From contig JAAOMT010000543.1 of assembly GCA_016748015.1 (NCBI GenBank), positions 1 to 64,000 of the forward strand: a stretch of DNA of 64,000 nt, written 5' to 3'. The notes beneath the pieces were generated by a model that saw only the letters and a list, made by a program, of their open reading frames with translations, did not search any database and had not been told where the DNA came from. The position numbers and the translations under genes are program-made. This document shows, piece after piece, positions 25,901 through 40,051 of the stretch (the stretch's first letter is position 1; the number at the start of each line of letters is the position of its first letter). This stretch comes from Geosiphon pyriformis uo1. Taxonomy: Eukaryota; Fungi; Glomeromycota.

Positions 25901-26634
25901 TCAGTGAAATGAACCCACCACTACTATGCTTGAAAAAAACATATTGTAATATTAAAACCAAATCTCAAATAGTTATATTGTGTTTGATATAAATCTGGTA
26001 ATTTTACAGTTGGATCTTTAAGGAGTAATGGGTCTCTTTGGTGATACGTCTCCAGGTGTTTAATGGCTTTAATGAATGAAAAATTTCATTTTGAATGTTG
26101 AATGCCAAATTGGGTCTTTTTGAAATGTAATTCGTTGATATTATGTAGGCTTTCGAATTTTGGGTTAAGCATACAGTGAAAAAGAAAATATAAAACCCAG
26201 TACCCAGCCAAAAATTTCAGAATGCTGCAGCTGGCTTGAGATCAAAAGGTAAAGATTAGCAACGTGTCTTATTAAACTTTTAAATTCCAAGGAACTTCTG
26301 TTTAACAAGAAATTTCTTTAACTTACTCATTACAGGCTTTAAATTCTATTTTAAGCCGCGACTTTCTCAATTTTTAATCGATAAGAGTTAATATAAAAAT
26401 TCGATACTAAACCTTTTTTCCCAAAAACTTTTACTTTTTTGATGTTTATACCTTTTTCTCGTTATTTTCTTTTTTTTTATTCGCAAGTTCGTCGATAGCC
26501 AACGACGACGAATTTTTATTTACATCGATAATTTTGAATTTTATTTATTGATTCACGCGTTCTTTGAAGAAACTTTCAATATTAAAAAACACTAAATTTA
26601 TCTTTACCAACCGTCTGGTCATTTTAATTTTTAA

Positions 26635-27365
26635 ATGAAGAATTTTCAAATAATAATTTTGGTTTTCGTATTCTGCCATTTGGCTTTTACAACCGCAGAA
26701 CAATGTGGGACACAAAATTCCACCGGAAGTAAGCATCAATTTTCTTTTGCTGGATGGATTTATTTCTCTTTCCTATTTTTCAAGCTTGACTTTCTTTTAA
26801 ATTTTAAGAATGCAATTCAAATGCTGGTGAATGTTGTTCACAATATGGGTAAGAATAAATCCTTAAAAGTACTCTTGCATTTATTATTCCAGAATTTCTT
26901 ATAACCTTTATAACTTGATCATACAATAAAAATAAAAATAATTATTTTTAGATGGTGTGGTACAAGTAGCGCATATTGTGGAGCTGGTTGTCAAAGTGGG
27001 TATGGTCTGTGTAATGGTTCCAGTTCAGTGTCAACTAGTACGACCTCTTCAACGACGAGCACTAGTACTTCGACCTCATCGTCTGTCTCGCCTTCTTCGA
27101 CCAATTCAGTGAGCACTAATGGAAGTTGTGGTTCGAGCAATGGAAACACAAGTTGCCCTTCCGGGCTATGTTGTTCGCAATATGGATATTGTGGAACTAG
27201 TAGTGGTAGGTTTTCATTGATTTTGAATCTTCTAATTCTGAATAAATTTTCGAGTATTCTATTCACTTTATTAAATATTTATCATCAAATCAATCTTGGA
27301 TTCACGCATTTATAGATTATTGCGCAGCTGGTTGTCAAAGTATGTTTGGAACATGTAACGGTAGC

Positions 27366-27403
<38 letters not shown>

Positions 27404-28403
27404 TACATCTACGACTTCAACCACATCTACAACATCAACTACATCTACGACTTCAACCACAACTACATCTACAACATCAACTACATCTACGACTTCAACC
27501 ACAACTACATCTACAACATCAACCACAACTACAACATCAACTACATCTACGACTTCAACCACAACTACATCTATAACTTCAACCACAACTACATCTACAA
27601 CATCAACTACATCTACAACAACAACCACCTCAAGCTCTTCAGCGCCAGTTTACTCTAGTTGTCTAGTATCGAACAGTGCTGCGATTACTTTTGATGATGG
27701 TCCAGTAACGGTGAGTATTTAACCATGTTTATCTTTTAATCTCACTTTTCATCACAAATTAGTTTAATCTTAAATATCTGATATATTATAGGGAACTGCT
27801 GTTCTTCTCGATTCATTAAAAGCCAGCGGAAAAAAAGTAACATTTTTTGTTAATGGAAATAATTACAATTGCATTTATAATTTTGCCAGCACCATTCAAC
27901 GTATGGTGAATGAAGGTCATCAAGTCGCCTCTCACACTTGGTCACATGCACATGTCCCCACTTTAAGCGACGACGCGATTCGAACAGAAATGATCAAGCT
28001 CGAAACCGCATTTCGAAAGATTATTGGTAAGGTCCCCAAATATATGAGACTACCATATGGTGACGGAGCCAATGACCCTAGAGTTACTCGAATTATGGGC
28101 GAACTCGGCTATACAATCATTAACTGGGACGTTGATAGTGGTGATAGCCTTGGATACACAGTCAATCAATCAAAACAAGTTTATCAAGATATAATTGTAA
28201 ACTCCCCACCCCCAAGGCCACATATATTTCTCAATCACGATACTCAAAGTACCACTTCAAATACTCTTGGTCCATTTGCTGTTGATTTCCTTTCTAAAGC
28301 TGGTTATTCATTACAGACTGTTGGTCAATGTTTGGGAAAAGGAAATGATTGGTACAAGGAGAATGTTTCACCTTCTCCTAGGGATAGTACTTGGGTTTGT
28401 TAG
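26635..28403 (+). CDS. Secreted chitin deacetylase (CE4/NodB) with two N-terminal CBM18 hevein domains and Ser/Thr linkers
   Basis: Exons about 26635-26728, 26809-26847, 26952-27204, 27315-27710 and 27792-28403. Signal peptide; two CCSQYG[W/Y]CG..YC..GCQ domains; CE4 motifs TFDDGP, HTWSH, RLPYG, DSGD, LNHD. Confidence 0.93.
27365..27630 (+). repeat. Coding tandem repeat (poly-Ser, then TSTTST... mucin-like linker)
   Basis: (TCA)n followed by 'actacatctacaacatca'/'actacatctacgacttcaaccaca' units. Confidence 0.9.
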
Positions 28404-29345
28404 AAATATGAGTTTTTGGGTCTTGCGAAATTCTGAATATATAGAAATTCAGAATCAACATATCGGGTCATTCGCATTATATTTTATATTAATTTCGAAG
28501 ATTTGGGTTAAATCAACAGAACCCAGCTTTTATAAAGCATTTAATTTAAATAAAATTTTTAGCTTTCATTTCTGCATCACATTAAATTATTAGTACATGA
28601 AATTGGTTTAGAAAATTTTAATTTAAGGAAATTTTGATTTAGCAATTTAGCTTTTATATAAATAATAAAAAAGCTGAATTCTCCTTTTGTACATTTTCAT
28701 AAATATTTTTAATATTCCAACGAAAATATAAAGAAAATGTGTTGGAAGACCAAATTTTAAAGAATTTAAGAGTCTTTAGGAAATGAAGCTTTTTAATTGA
28801 ATGATTCATTTACGAATTATATTTTTACTCATATGGAGAGATTCCATGTTTAAAAAGTGGGTCAAAATCAAAAGTAATCAATATTTTAATTAATTCAAAC
28901 CATAATATAATAATTCCTATCAAAAAACAATTTTTTTATAATGTAATTTAATATCTTTGCAATCAATTTTTAGTCAAAGATTCTCAAAGTCTTTTTATCA
29001 AAGCTGGTATTCAAGCTGAAACTTGAGAATGACATGTAATTTGTTTACATCTTTTATCTAAGACTTTAATAGTGCAAAAGAAAAAAATTTTATGCATAGC
29101 AACACTCATCTATTTTAATTGCATAAAATAATCTCTACCAATGGGATTGAATTTAAAAAATAGATATGGGATATCTTAATTTCTTTTCTTTAATTTACTT
29201 AATTTGAAACTTTTAACTTTTCAAATCTTTTTAACTTCAAAGAGTTTTAAAAATATTTAGTAATAATTATTTCAAACTAATATTAAAAACATTTTTTTTG
29301 GTTAATTTTTTATTTATAATTAGTGTCGAAACAAATATATAATAT

Positions 29346-29746
29346 TGTTACGGTTGAAACTTAGTTATCTTATTTTATTTAGTCATATCTAGCCACATGT
29401 ATTAGCCAATTATGTCATTATATTAGCCTTCATATTTTTAGAATTAGTCGTTGATGTGATCATTGACTTGATTAGTCGTTGACTTGTGATCACTGAACTG
29501 ATCATTGATCCCTTTTTAAGAGTATATAAGCGAGACCGTAGAAATTCATTCACACTCGGATCAATTCATTTAAAACAAAGATCAATATAACGATATCAAC
29601 TCCTTTATTTCCTTTTCACTATTTCTTTTCCCTATTCTTTTCTTGAGATATTTATGAGACTGATCTCACACATTGAATTCTTACTAATTCAATTCGCTCA
29701 TTAAAGTTGAATTACCCTTTGATTATTTTTACATCTGACCGTAACA
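29346..29746 (+). mobile_element. Intact solo LTR (401 bp)
   Basis: Ends TGTTACGGT...ACCGTAACA (perfect 9-bp terminal inverted repeat, TG..CA), flanked by a 4-bp ATAT target duplication, with an internal TATATAAG. CpGs are retained. Confidence 0.8.
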
Positions 29747-30402
29747 ATATAACAATAATAATTTTGATAATATGTCTTTGCTTTTAATACTTTTAAAAAT
29801 ATAAGGTTTGATTTTATAAAAAAAAATATATATTTGAAATATATTTAAAAAATTAATATTTTTAACTTTATAAAGAAATATTTATTTTTAATATTTTTGC
29901 TTTAAATTTCGAATTTAGTTTTCTAATTTTCTAATGCACTTTTTTCATTAAAATTTGAAATAAATGCACATAATTAAAACATTTTTATTAGATATTTTTT
30001 ATAAGTCAAAAATTACATTAATTAACTAAAATTTAATTTCTTTGCTATATTATTTAATATTCTTTTTTAAGTCTAATAATTTTGATTATGTAATTTTAGT
30101 TTTAATTTTATATATTTCTAAAGCTTATTACTAAACACATAAGATAAAAATAATTTTTTTCTAAAAAAAATACACAAATATTTAAAAATCAATCTGAAAT
30201 TTGAAAATTCTTATCTGTTATTACATTACTCGATTTATTATTCTTTTAAAAATCAATAAAAATATGGTTTATTATATTATCAAGTAATTATATCATAAAT
30301 TCTGATGGGGTGTCTACGACCGAAACGTAATAGGGAAATTTTATGTCAAGGTTTTGGCTTAAAGGTAAAAACTTAATAGTAAAACCTCTCCTAAAATGGT
30401 AA

Positions 30403-30876
30403 AAAATGTATACCAATTTCAAAATTTTATTAATTGAATAGGTAAACAAATTATTACGGTTTTAACTATACTATATTGAATTTAGAAACTATCAAATTTA
30501 TCATTTTCTAAAGTCATATTATAGACTGCTAAAATTTAAAATTCGGAACCTTCGCGTGGGATGACCAATAAAATAAATCTTTCAAATTTTGGAACAAGAG
30601 TAATTCGGTATGCTCGACGGCCTGGGATTTTACGAGCACGTGCTCGTAAAATCCCAGGCCGTCGAGCATACCGAATTACTCTTGTTCCAAAATTTGAAAG
30701 ATTTATTTTATTGGTCATCCCACGCGAAGGTTCCGAATTTTAAATTTTAGCAGTCTATAATATGACTTTAGAAAATGATAAATTTGATAGTTTCTAAATT
30801 CAATATAGTATAGTTAAAACCGTAATAATTTGTTTACCTATTCAATTAATAAAATTTTGAAATTGGTACACATTTT
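30403..30876. repeat. Spacerless long palindrome (foldback)
   Basis: 30411-30868 equals its own reverse complement (458 bp, centre ..GAGCAC|GTGCTC.. at 30639/30640) and extends to 30403-30876 with one mismatch. The ORF track shows the identical 60-aa ORF on both strands. Confidence 0.95.
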
Positions 30877-31619
30877 CTTGCGCTTTCAGAATTTCTTGAT
30901 TTGGAAAATAAAATTTCTCAATAGGATTGGAAAAGGAAATCTTCAACGGCAGATTTTTTCAAGATCTTAAAATGAAATGGAGGATTCCAAATTTTACCGA
31001 TTAGTAAAATCTCCTTGGTTTTTTTTTGAATAAATTTAAATGTAGCTTAATGAAATACACCTTTATTAATCTTTTATACATATAATTTTTTAAATAACGC
31101 TAATGGTCGCATAAAAAATTCAAATATATATACATATTTAAAAGAACTTGGTCTAAAAAGTCAAAGCCCACGAAATTGAAGGTTAAGAAAAATATAAATT
31201 TTCATTATAAACATGACTTAAAAAGGATTGATAAAAGCATTTTCCTTAAAAAATATAAAAAAATGAGAATAGTAAAAACATATATAAAGCATTTTTTATA
31301 TAGAGAAATTATAAAATATGCTAGTTAATAGAGAAATAATCGAAAAAGTATAAAGGCTAAAAATAGAATAATTTAAGAATATAATTAAATAATATTTTCA
31401 ATGTTAATGTATTAAAAATATCAATTTCATAGATCTAAGCATAAATTTACAAAACACAAAAAAATGTTTTTTATAAATATGTATATGCTTCGTAGAATTA
31501 AAATCTTGATACCATAGTATAATGAAAAAACCCAAGTATTCTCTTGAAATACAAAAAAGTAATGTCTAGCAAACTATGCCCGAAATTTTCGTTTCGTACT
31601 CCACATTCCCAAATTCACG

Positions 31620-33165
31620 GTGCTCCAGAGAAACCAGTTGTGGGTGTTGGAAAAGAAATATTGCTAATAAAAATGTTTGTTCTAGTTCCTATTATTTTTT
31701 CAATGAAGCGGACAGCTCCCACCCATGCAGCTTCTGTTGACCATGACCTTTCCTAAACACTTTTCACAGGTTTTAAAATCTAAATTTAAAATATTCCCTG
31801 CATCTTAGATAATAAAGTTGGGTACCATTTTGAGATAAAAATCTCATTCATTGTTTAACAATTTCTTGTTCATTCTAATTTTTCAAATATTATGATATAA
31901 AAAAGGGACTCCTATCCACGATAATAATCTGATTCAAAGTAGAATTATCCAATATTCGCCAAGAACTACGCTTTCTTATTAAAGAATTAAATTATTTATT
32001 TAAAAATTAAATAAACTTTAAAGTTCAATAAGTAATTTAGAGTGAACATTTTCCCAAGATTAATTTGATTCACTCACTCTAAATTAATCATACTACTAGA
32101 GATATGTCATTTATTTCTTGAATATAAGCAATAGTCATTATTCTCTTCACTTTACTCAAAAAAAGAATTTTCACCTACAAGATAATACTTACCCCATTTT
32201 TCTTCGTATTGCTCTTGCCATATTGCTTTTCTCGCCTTTTACCACCCCCTCAAGCCCAAAAATCGCCTCAAAAAGCTTAGCTGCGAATTCGCAAGTGCCT
32301 CTTCATTTGAACCAACCTTCGAGTGCTACTTTACAAAATCGAGTCGTTCCAGGTTCCGAAAACCCCAATAATAGGTCAATTACAAGTGGCTGCTGAATCT
32401 CGAGCAACAAATCACTCTCCATATGCTAAATGTCGGCCACAAAAAACTCCTAAATGAAAGAAAAAATTAAATCAATCTTCACCACTTGATATCCTAGCCA
32501 ATTCGAGTTTTGTGAATTTATCTTTACGTCTCATAAATCAGAGAAGCTTGTCGTCAGATTAATATTTGTGGGGATATGGCGGCTTATTAATAAATTTCGT
32601 CACCATCTGATCAGTAACTAATATTAGCAGGTGCTAAACTGAAGCAACCTTATAAGCGCGTGCCCAGATGGACAACGATTCATTCAGAAGAGGACATTTT
32701 TGTTGAAACGTTATAGGCTACAGCTATTTTTTTCTGCAATGGTATTTTGCTTTTGTGACATAACGCAGCGTCTTTTGTTTCATCCGACTATGATATTAAA
32801 GGTAAATCTGGTCAAACCCATCCATTGTTTCAGAGGGTGGTTGGGATACACCTTTGACCAGCAATGAGCGGTTGAGAATTTTCCCAAAGATTGTCGCTTG
32901 TTTCTGCTATTATCCTGGTTTTTGTCTTGCACTTTTTGCTTATCTGATGATCTCCTTTATATTTAGCTACTCACCATTTTTGCATTTTGCAAATGAAGAC
33001 AGTGTTGATGGGGAGAATATCCTGGGAAAGTTTGTCGTTAAAAAAACCCAAGAATTTTGCAGATTCCTGAGCTGACACCGCTGAGAAGTTTGTAGGTTGG
33101 AAATCGAGAAAGAAAGAGCCACTTTTGTCTTCCAAGATCCTCTTTTCGCTCGAGGCTAGAAACAT
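31620..33165 (-). pseudogene. Decayed multi-exon gene of unknown family
   Basis: GC-richer blocks are bounded by splice-like sites (tttag| ... |gtaag). One block reads 'EFFVADI*HMESDLLLEIQQPLVIDLLLGFSEPGTTRFCKVALEGWFK*RGTCEFAAKLFEAIFG' with in-frame stops. Confidence 0.4.
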
Positions 33166-35488
33166 AGGTGCCGAATTAACTTTTCTCTAATATGCACATT
33201 GGACAAATTTTTTTTAGTCGAAAGGATGCGAGAAGAAATTCTTGCACTTGTTCTTTTAGCACAATGGCTTTAATTGCCCAAGTACTCCTATATATATATA
33301 AATTCTTGAGCTAAAATTTTTTTATAGTAATTTCCTCTACTTTTGAACTGTCTCACAAAAGTAAATCGTTTTTTAATGAGTCTAAAATTGATTCCGGAAA
33401 TATTTTATTATCCTATAATAACTACTGATGAGGAGGAAACATTCTTTGACTTCCACCCAAAAAATGAAGTGTCAAAAGCTTTTTCCAAATAAAAAGAGAA
33501 ACATTGATATGATCAAAGTCTCCAATACTTAATACCTAGTCGAGGGCTTGAAATTCGAGTGGGAGAAAATTTTTGCTTTCTTTCAACCAGAGAAGAAGTT
33601 GAACAAAATTATGCACGAATAGAAAAAGAGGAAATTTGGATCAATGTCAAATATCGATATCGTGGCGCAAGATTTTAACACAGAGCACTGACATTGAGCC
33701 GGATAAAACTATTTCATTAAAGATGATTCAATCAATAGGTTTTAAAATTTTTGATGGGAGAACATTTATTCATTCCTAAAATTGTTGACAAATCTAAATA
33801 TTAGAAAATTTTTTTTAAGTGAAGAATAATTTCAATTTCTTGATTGATTAATATTTCTATAAGACAATGAATAGGATTTTTCATATAAATCTGTTTATAA
33901 AATCAAATTATTTTTGAATGCAGATTTTGGGTTTTAAAACACGAAGATTTATCATAAAACTAGCAATAGAGACAAAAGTTTTGCTCAAAAAAATAGTGAT
34001 GTCTTCCGTTGAGGTGAATCCCTGTATTCTTTTGAATTGCATTATAGGCTGAAGGAATGTACAAAAGTACGTTAAAGGCCCTGAATAACAAGGAAATTAT
34101 ATAAATTTAATCATAAAATTCAGAGAATAAAAATTGATTGAAATTTGTTTAGCTATCTGTTTTATATATATATCATGATGGATAAAAGTTTTTTAAATTT
34201 GCGAGTTGACTATATCCCAAAGCAAAACATTTCATCCTTCGAACTAGAAAGAAGAAAAGCGCCGTCGTATGTTAACGTCATTGTAATTATACACGAGCAT
34301 TGACGAATGATGAAAGAATTAAAAAAAAAAAGACCTTTTGAAAATCTAACTTTTTCCATTGAAGTGACTATTATTATGCATTCATAAATTTTCAGAATTT
34401 TTCAGAATTTTAACGCAGCAGAAAAATTTTGAACACATAATCTATTTTTGAAATAATACAACTTTAGACACTTGAAAAATTTCAGATATTTATTATAATA
34501 ATCTTTCCTCTTATTCAAATTCACTTTTCAATTTTGAATTTTGAATTTTTAATGACTTCTTTATAGTTTTTGAAGGGAGAGTTTTCGTTTCAAAAAACTG
34601 AACCAACTTCTGGCAAGTTTGATATTTGAATTACATCAAATTTTGAAAGCTTAGATTTCTTGAAACTGAAATAACTTTACTGACACCCTTCATTTCATTA
34701 AAGCAAAGATAGTTAGTAAATTCTTTCAAGTTACCATTTTCACCATGCAATAATTTGAAACACATGATTATCAAGGCTCTATTGATGTGTGATGTTTGGA
34801 ATATCCCGAGTTTGAAAAACGTTTTTTGTTTCAGGTTGGAATTAAAAACTTTGGTGCCCTTGAAACTAAAAAAAAGTTCCATTTGCAAAATATCTAATCA
34901 AAATAATTGCGTAATAATTTACATGAAAAATAGCTCAATTTTCTAAGCTCCTCATCGCGTGGCTATTAGTTCCATCAAAATGTTTAGGTTTAAAAAGTTG
35001 AGCTTAGCCCATAGCGCCCAAACGTTATCATGAATTGGAACATTATTTTAGCCTGGGGGCGAACATAATATGATTTCCTTTGAAAATCCATAATAAAAGC
35101 GATCTATTTTGCCCTAATGATACAGCATATCCATCCAACAATGGTTAATATATATCTCCGTGATAAGCAAAGATTTTCTCTCTTTTGGTTTTGATCAAAG
35201 GAGGTTCACAGTAGATGCTACAGCAAACAAGATAGCATATATAATATTAAAATTTTCTTTACTATATTCACTGTTCTGTTGACAGAATTTTTGATTTAGC
35301 AGAACGGGTGTCTGCGATTGAAAACTAAATTTTTTCTAAACTTGAAAATACCTTATAAATTGTTGGTGCACTATTTTCACAACGAGAAGAGGCATACTAA
35401 AAACGTCAAAAAATCGAGATTCATCAAGTTTTTTTAATTTTGAAAAAATACGAAACGATTTTACCTTCACAAGGTCAAAAATAAACCA

Positions 35489-35884
35489 ATGACAGCTTCA
35501 CCAGCTCAAACCGTGCTTTTACGAAGCTCAACAAAACTAAAAGAAAGAAACTTAACCAAATTATCTTTACCCACCTCAAACACTAAACCACCTGAATCAT
35601 CATCAGAGACCCTGAATACCAGTTTTGTACAAGCTCCAGATTTTACTAAAGAGTCTGAAATTCAAGCGACACCAATGAAAAACACTATTGATAAAGGAGT
35701 AGCAAGTGTATTTTTAATTATTTTTATACTTTTAGTTCTTGTTGGAATTACATGGTTTTATGGGAGATGGAGACGTCGAGTTAGGCAACGAAGACGAGTA
35801 GAAGAAATTAAGAAAGAAATTGAGGAAGAAGCTGCCTGGCATATACCTGCCTTTATCATGGCAGAAATTGTTATTGATGAATGA
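35489..35884 (+). CDS. Small single-pass membrane protein (131 aa), unknown function
   Basis: Single-exon ORF: S/T/P-rich N-terminus, TM 'GVASVFLIIFILLVLVGITWFYG', basic stop-transfer 'RWRRRVRQRRR', acidic tail. Confidence 0.6.
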   Translation: MTASPAQTVLLRSSTKLKERNLTKLSLPTSNTKPPESSSETLNTSFVQAPDFTKESEIQATPMKNTIDKGVASVFLIIFILLVLVGITWFYGRWRRRVRQRRRVEEIKKEIEEEAAWHIPAFIMAEIVIDE

Positions 35885-38800
35885 AATTCGGATGGGAGCA
35901 AACTGAATCAAATTAGCAAAATATTTATCAGAAAAAAGTGAAAAACTGATTTAATGGCGGGGCGGGGGGGGGGGGAAATTTTTGCAGATTGCCACCCGAA
36001 AAGTTATGGTGCCGGAACATTTAATGAATCATTTTAACAAGTTCAAAGTCATATACTTCTAGATTACCCTATCTTTCAAATCAAGTTTAAAAAAGTTTAA
36101 AAGTATTCAACTTTCTCACATCTTTCCTTTGAATTAATCTTAATTAAATTTTTCGGGCTTTCTTAGCTTAAAATTTATTTTCTCACAAGATTTTAGTCAC
36201 CGTGTATCTTATTAATTTGAAGAGTAATATTTTTATTATTATCTATTTTGAATTTTGTTATCAAACCCAGTTTTATTTTAAATTTAAACTATTTGGTGGT
36301 TTACTTTTATTTTCTACTTTTTTAATGACAGAAATATGATAAATTTAAATAAAAAGGGGTTAGAATACTTTGACTTTTAGTGGTACAAAAAGCTTTATTC
36401 CAAAGAATGATTTGAATGCTATAATTTTTGAATTTCTATGTCAAATTCACGGGGCAACATTTTTTCATTAGTCAAAACTATATTTGAATTCAAAGGGTTA
36501 AGATATTAAAGCCAACGGGAACCACATATTTAAAAAGAGGGACTATTAATAGCCCTTTTTACACAAAAAATATCAATAATGTTACAATATTTGTCTAAAG
36601 AAGTCACGTCTCATGGCATATTTGAAATTCTTATTTAATAAAGTTTTCAAAGCTTTCTTCTCCTTTTCTTGTTACTCAAATTAAAAAAAAAAGGATGGCT
36701 TCATTTAACAATGTCATAGGGACTGGTTGCTGCAAACAAAGGCAAACTATATGCGTCTCTTTGAGTCAAAATGCAACTTAGAAAATCATTCAATTTATAA
36801 TATTGAATCTTGAGTACATATTCACAATCTCATTGATCGGAGACACCTTGCTGGGGTGGGACGTAATTTCAGATCATTATTAAGTACAGTGATAAAGTCT
36901 TTGGATGTGAAAAAGGGTATCCGATAAATTATGTTATTGTAGTTGGGTTTCTTGCCTTTGAAAAACTTTCATATTCTTTATTAGCCAGATTGCGATTACC
37001 TTCGCCTGATCGGGTAATGAAGGAAACGCTGATGATCTAGACTTTTTAGAATATTATTAAGGCTGCGGTGACACTGTAACACTTTGATTGATTAATATAG
37101 TATTTTTTACAAAAAAAATATTTTCATCGCCAAAATAAAGATTCTAAAATGCATAATATATTCCTTTTTCACCAAAGTAAAAATTTAAAAGTTGTATGCA
37201 ACCAAAAAATTATTGCTCCAATAGATTTCTTGTCCCAAGACGAGAGCAGTGAGAGAAAACAAGATTTTTCTTGACTTTTTTTTTAAAAAAAAAAAAAAAA
37301 AATTATGAAAAAAAATTTTCTTTCAAATGGTTTGTTGACCCTTTTTGGTAGCTAACCTATTTTCAAAGAGAAAAAAAAATTAGTGTTCAAAAATTACAAT
37401 TTCTAAAATGCTCATTGTTTCTGTTTAAAAATGAAAATAATATGAATTAAAGCTTGCAAGTTACACGCAACAGTGATTCTGTCAAGACTCCATTGAAATT
37501 CTTTAAATTCATTGGTAATTCAAAAAACGGTATCAATTTTTTTAAAGAACTTTGAAAAAAGGAGAAAAAAAGTTAAATTTACTTTGTTAAAAACTTGGGC
37601 ATACCACGATTAAATGACTTGATATCCCTTTATGGAGACCAAAGGTATCCTTTATCAAAGAAAATATATTTTTTGTTTCACCAATAAATTTAAGATTCGC
37701 TTCAACCCTTATTAACGTTGACGTGATTCAAATGTCAAAAAAGTCTTGATTGACTTTTTTAAGGTTTAACAATGTCATCAAAGTGAAAAGAAACGGTCTT
37801 TTTTTTTTTTTTTTTTACTGGGACTTTTTTGTGCGTATAATGGGTCATTAAAAATTTGCTTATTGCCTCATTCGTATTTTAATCCCTGCAAAATGAATGG
37901 TGATATGTGTGAGAGAGACGATGAGTAATTAAAAAAAAAGCATTGTGACACTAGATGCTTTAAAGACACCACCCAAATTAGAAAGAAGGCGGGAAAAATT
38001 TTCTAAATTTAAAATTTTTGCATTTTAAAGCATGTCAAATTTAAAATTGTATATATATATATTTTTTTAACAATCTATTTCATAGAAAAAAAAAGACCGA
38101 ATTTATTTAGAGTTTTTCTATTGATAAAAAAAAAAATAAAAATTATCTTTTTAACTCAGCCATAATATTCTAATGTTTTACTTGAAATTAATTGTATTGT
38201 ATTCCCATGAACATAGATTAGATGATTCTTTTCGAAAATGAAAAAGCCGAGAAAATTTTTTAAGAAAGAACATTAGCACACAACGTCATTTTAATTTAAA
38301 TTTTCTTTCTGTAATTTTAATTCTTTGTTTGTCTAATAAGATTTAGGCAATACAGAATCTTAAACTCCTATTTGAAAAAATAACAACAAAAGCAACAACA
38401 ATGTAAACGCCAAAAAGTTTTCTAAATTTTTTTTAGTGTAATCTTTTTACGTAAAAATTTTTATTATAAATCTTTTTCTCATACATTCTAAAATGTTTAA
38501 TGTCATTTATTTTTATTTAATTTGAATATTAAGATTTTTACTGGTTCTCTTTTACTTTGATTAATCTTTTGCTTTGATTATGTCAAGCTAAATGCCAAGA
38601 GTATATTTAAAATTCATTAAAAAGCTTAGTAAAATTTTTAACACTTTTTATTTTTTTTTGATTAGTTCAGTGATCTTTTGATTGATATAATCTCCTATTT
38701 TTACAAAAAGTATCAAAAAAATAAGCGTAATTTGGCAGAAAATAATTTATGGGGAATAATTACAATTATGAAATTTATTAAAATAAACATATATATATAT

Positions 38801-39214
38801 ACATATATACATATATACATATATATATAAACAAAAATGAATTTTAACTTATAATAGTGTAAATAATAATAATTTTTTTAAATTAATACATATATATATA
38901 TATTTCGTTTTTTTAGCTTTAGAGTCTATAACACTGATCAGCACAGCATTGCTAATTCAAAAATGGTTATTCAAGTTTTTTTAAAGAATTTTATAAGGAC
39001 TAGTAAATATTTTTCTTTAAAATTTGCAAAACCTTTCAATTTACAAAACTTAAAAAATTTTTAATAAAAGATAAAATATTTCAAGAAAGTAATCAAATAA
39101 AAACAAGTATTCACAATTTCACTCATGTAACGTAGATTCCCTAATTAAAAGTTATGAAATTTTATACACTCAAGCTAAAAACTTGATATTTTCATAAAAG
39201 GTGAAAAATAAACC

Positions 39215-39261
<47 letters not shown>

Positions 39262-40051
39262 CATACTAAAAACGTGTAGATTTTTAATTATCATACTAGT
39301 GAAAAATAAATAAAATTACACACGAAATGTTTTAAAAAATGTTATCAATTTTTTAAAATTTTTAGAAAATGAAAAAAATTTATATCAAGTTATTAAATCA
39401 TATTACAAAAAAAAAATTCATTAACTCGGTTTTTATGATAAGCCCCAAATATTCATCGCGTTTTCAATAATGTGAACTTTCATGAACGCGATCAAATGTT
39501 TTTCATTGAATTCCAATTTTCAAAAAGTATCAAATAATTTAGACCATTTCTATTTCAAGTTATTAGCTTTCCAAATCAGGCATGACTAATTATATTTATT
39601 AAAAAATACATCAATCTAAACCAAAAATTCTCGTGTTTCTTTGAAACATTACAAAAATAAAACGACTAGTGTTTATCTATTCAACTTTAACTACAAAAGC
39701 TACTCTAGTTCTTCTACTTAAAGTTAAAAAATTTAATTCACATCATTTGTAAAAAAAAAAAAATACAAATGCAAAAACTGTTTAGCTCTTTTTCTCAAAG
39801 AAAATGGGTCTACTATTTTTTTTTAACTGAATTAGGAATTTTGTAAATATTGTTACCATAGCATTATTACTACAATTTTTTTTGTAAAAGAATATTTACC
39901 TAAATTCAGGTTTCTCGAAAAAGATGTAATTATGTATATATATATATATATAGTGAAATATTACAATATTTGACTTTTTTTTTGTAAAAAAGCAAATTAA
40001 TTTTACTATTGAAATTTATCGTCTGGATAAATTTGAATTTGTGGTTTTTTT

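Noticed and set aside
27335-27628. Poly-His/Gln (+) and Val/Asp (-) ORFs
   Set aside because: Alternative frames of the chitin deacetylase Ser/Thr linker.
12104-28403. Terpene biosynthetic gene cluster around the squalene synthase-like gene
   Set aside because: Neighbours (Kelch, pseudo-lipase, CE4) are not tailoring enzymes or transporters.
30536-30743. Identical 60-aa proteins on both strands
   Set aside because: A by-product of the palindrome; no independent coding evidence.
32190-32450. In-frame TGA as selenocysteine or recoding
   Set aside because: The same frame also has TAG and neighbouring blocks are broken; a pseudogene is simpler.
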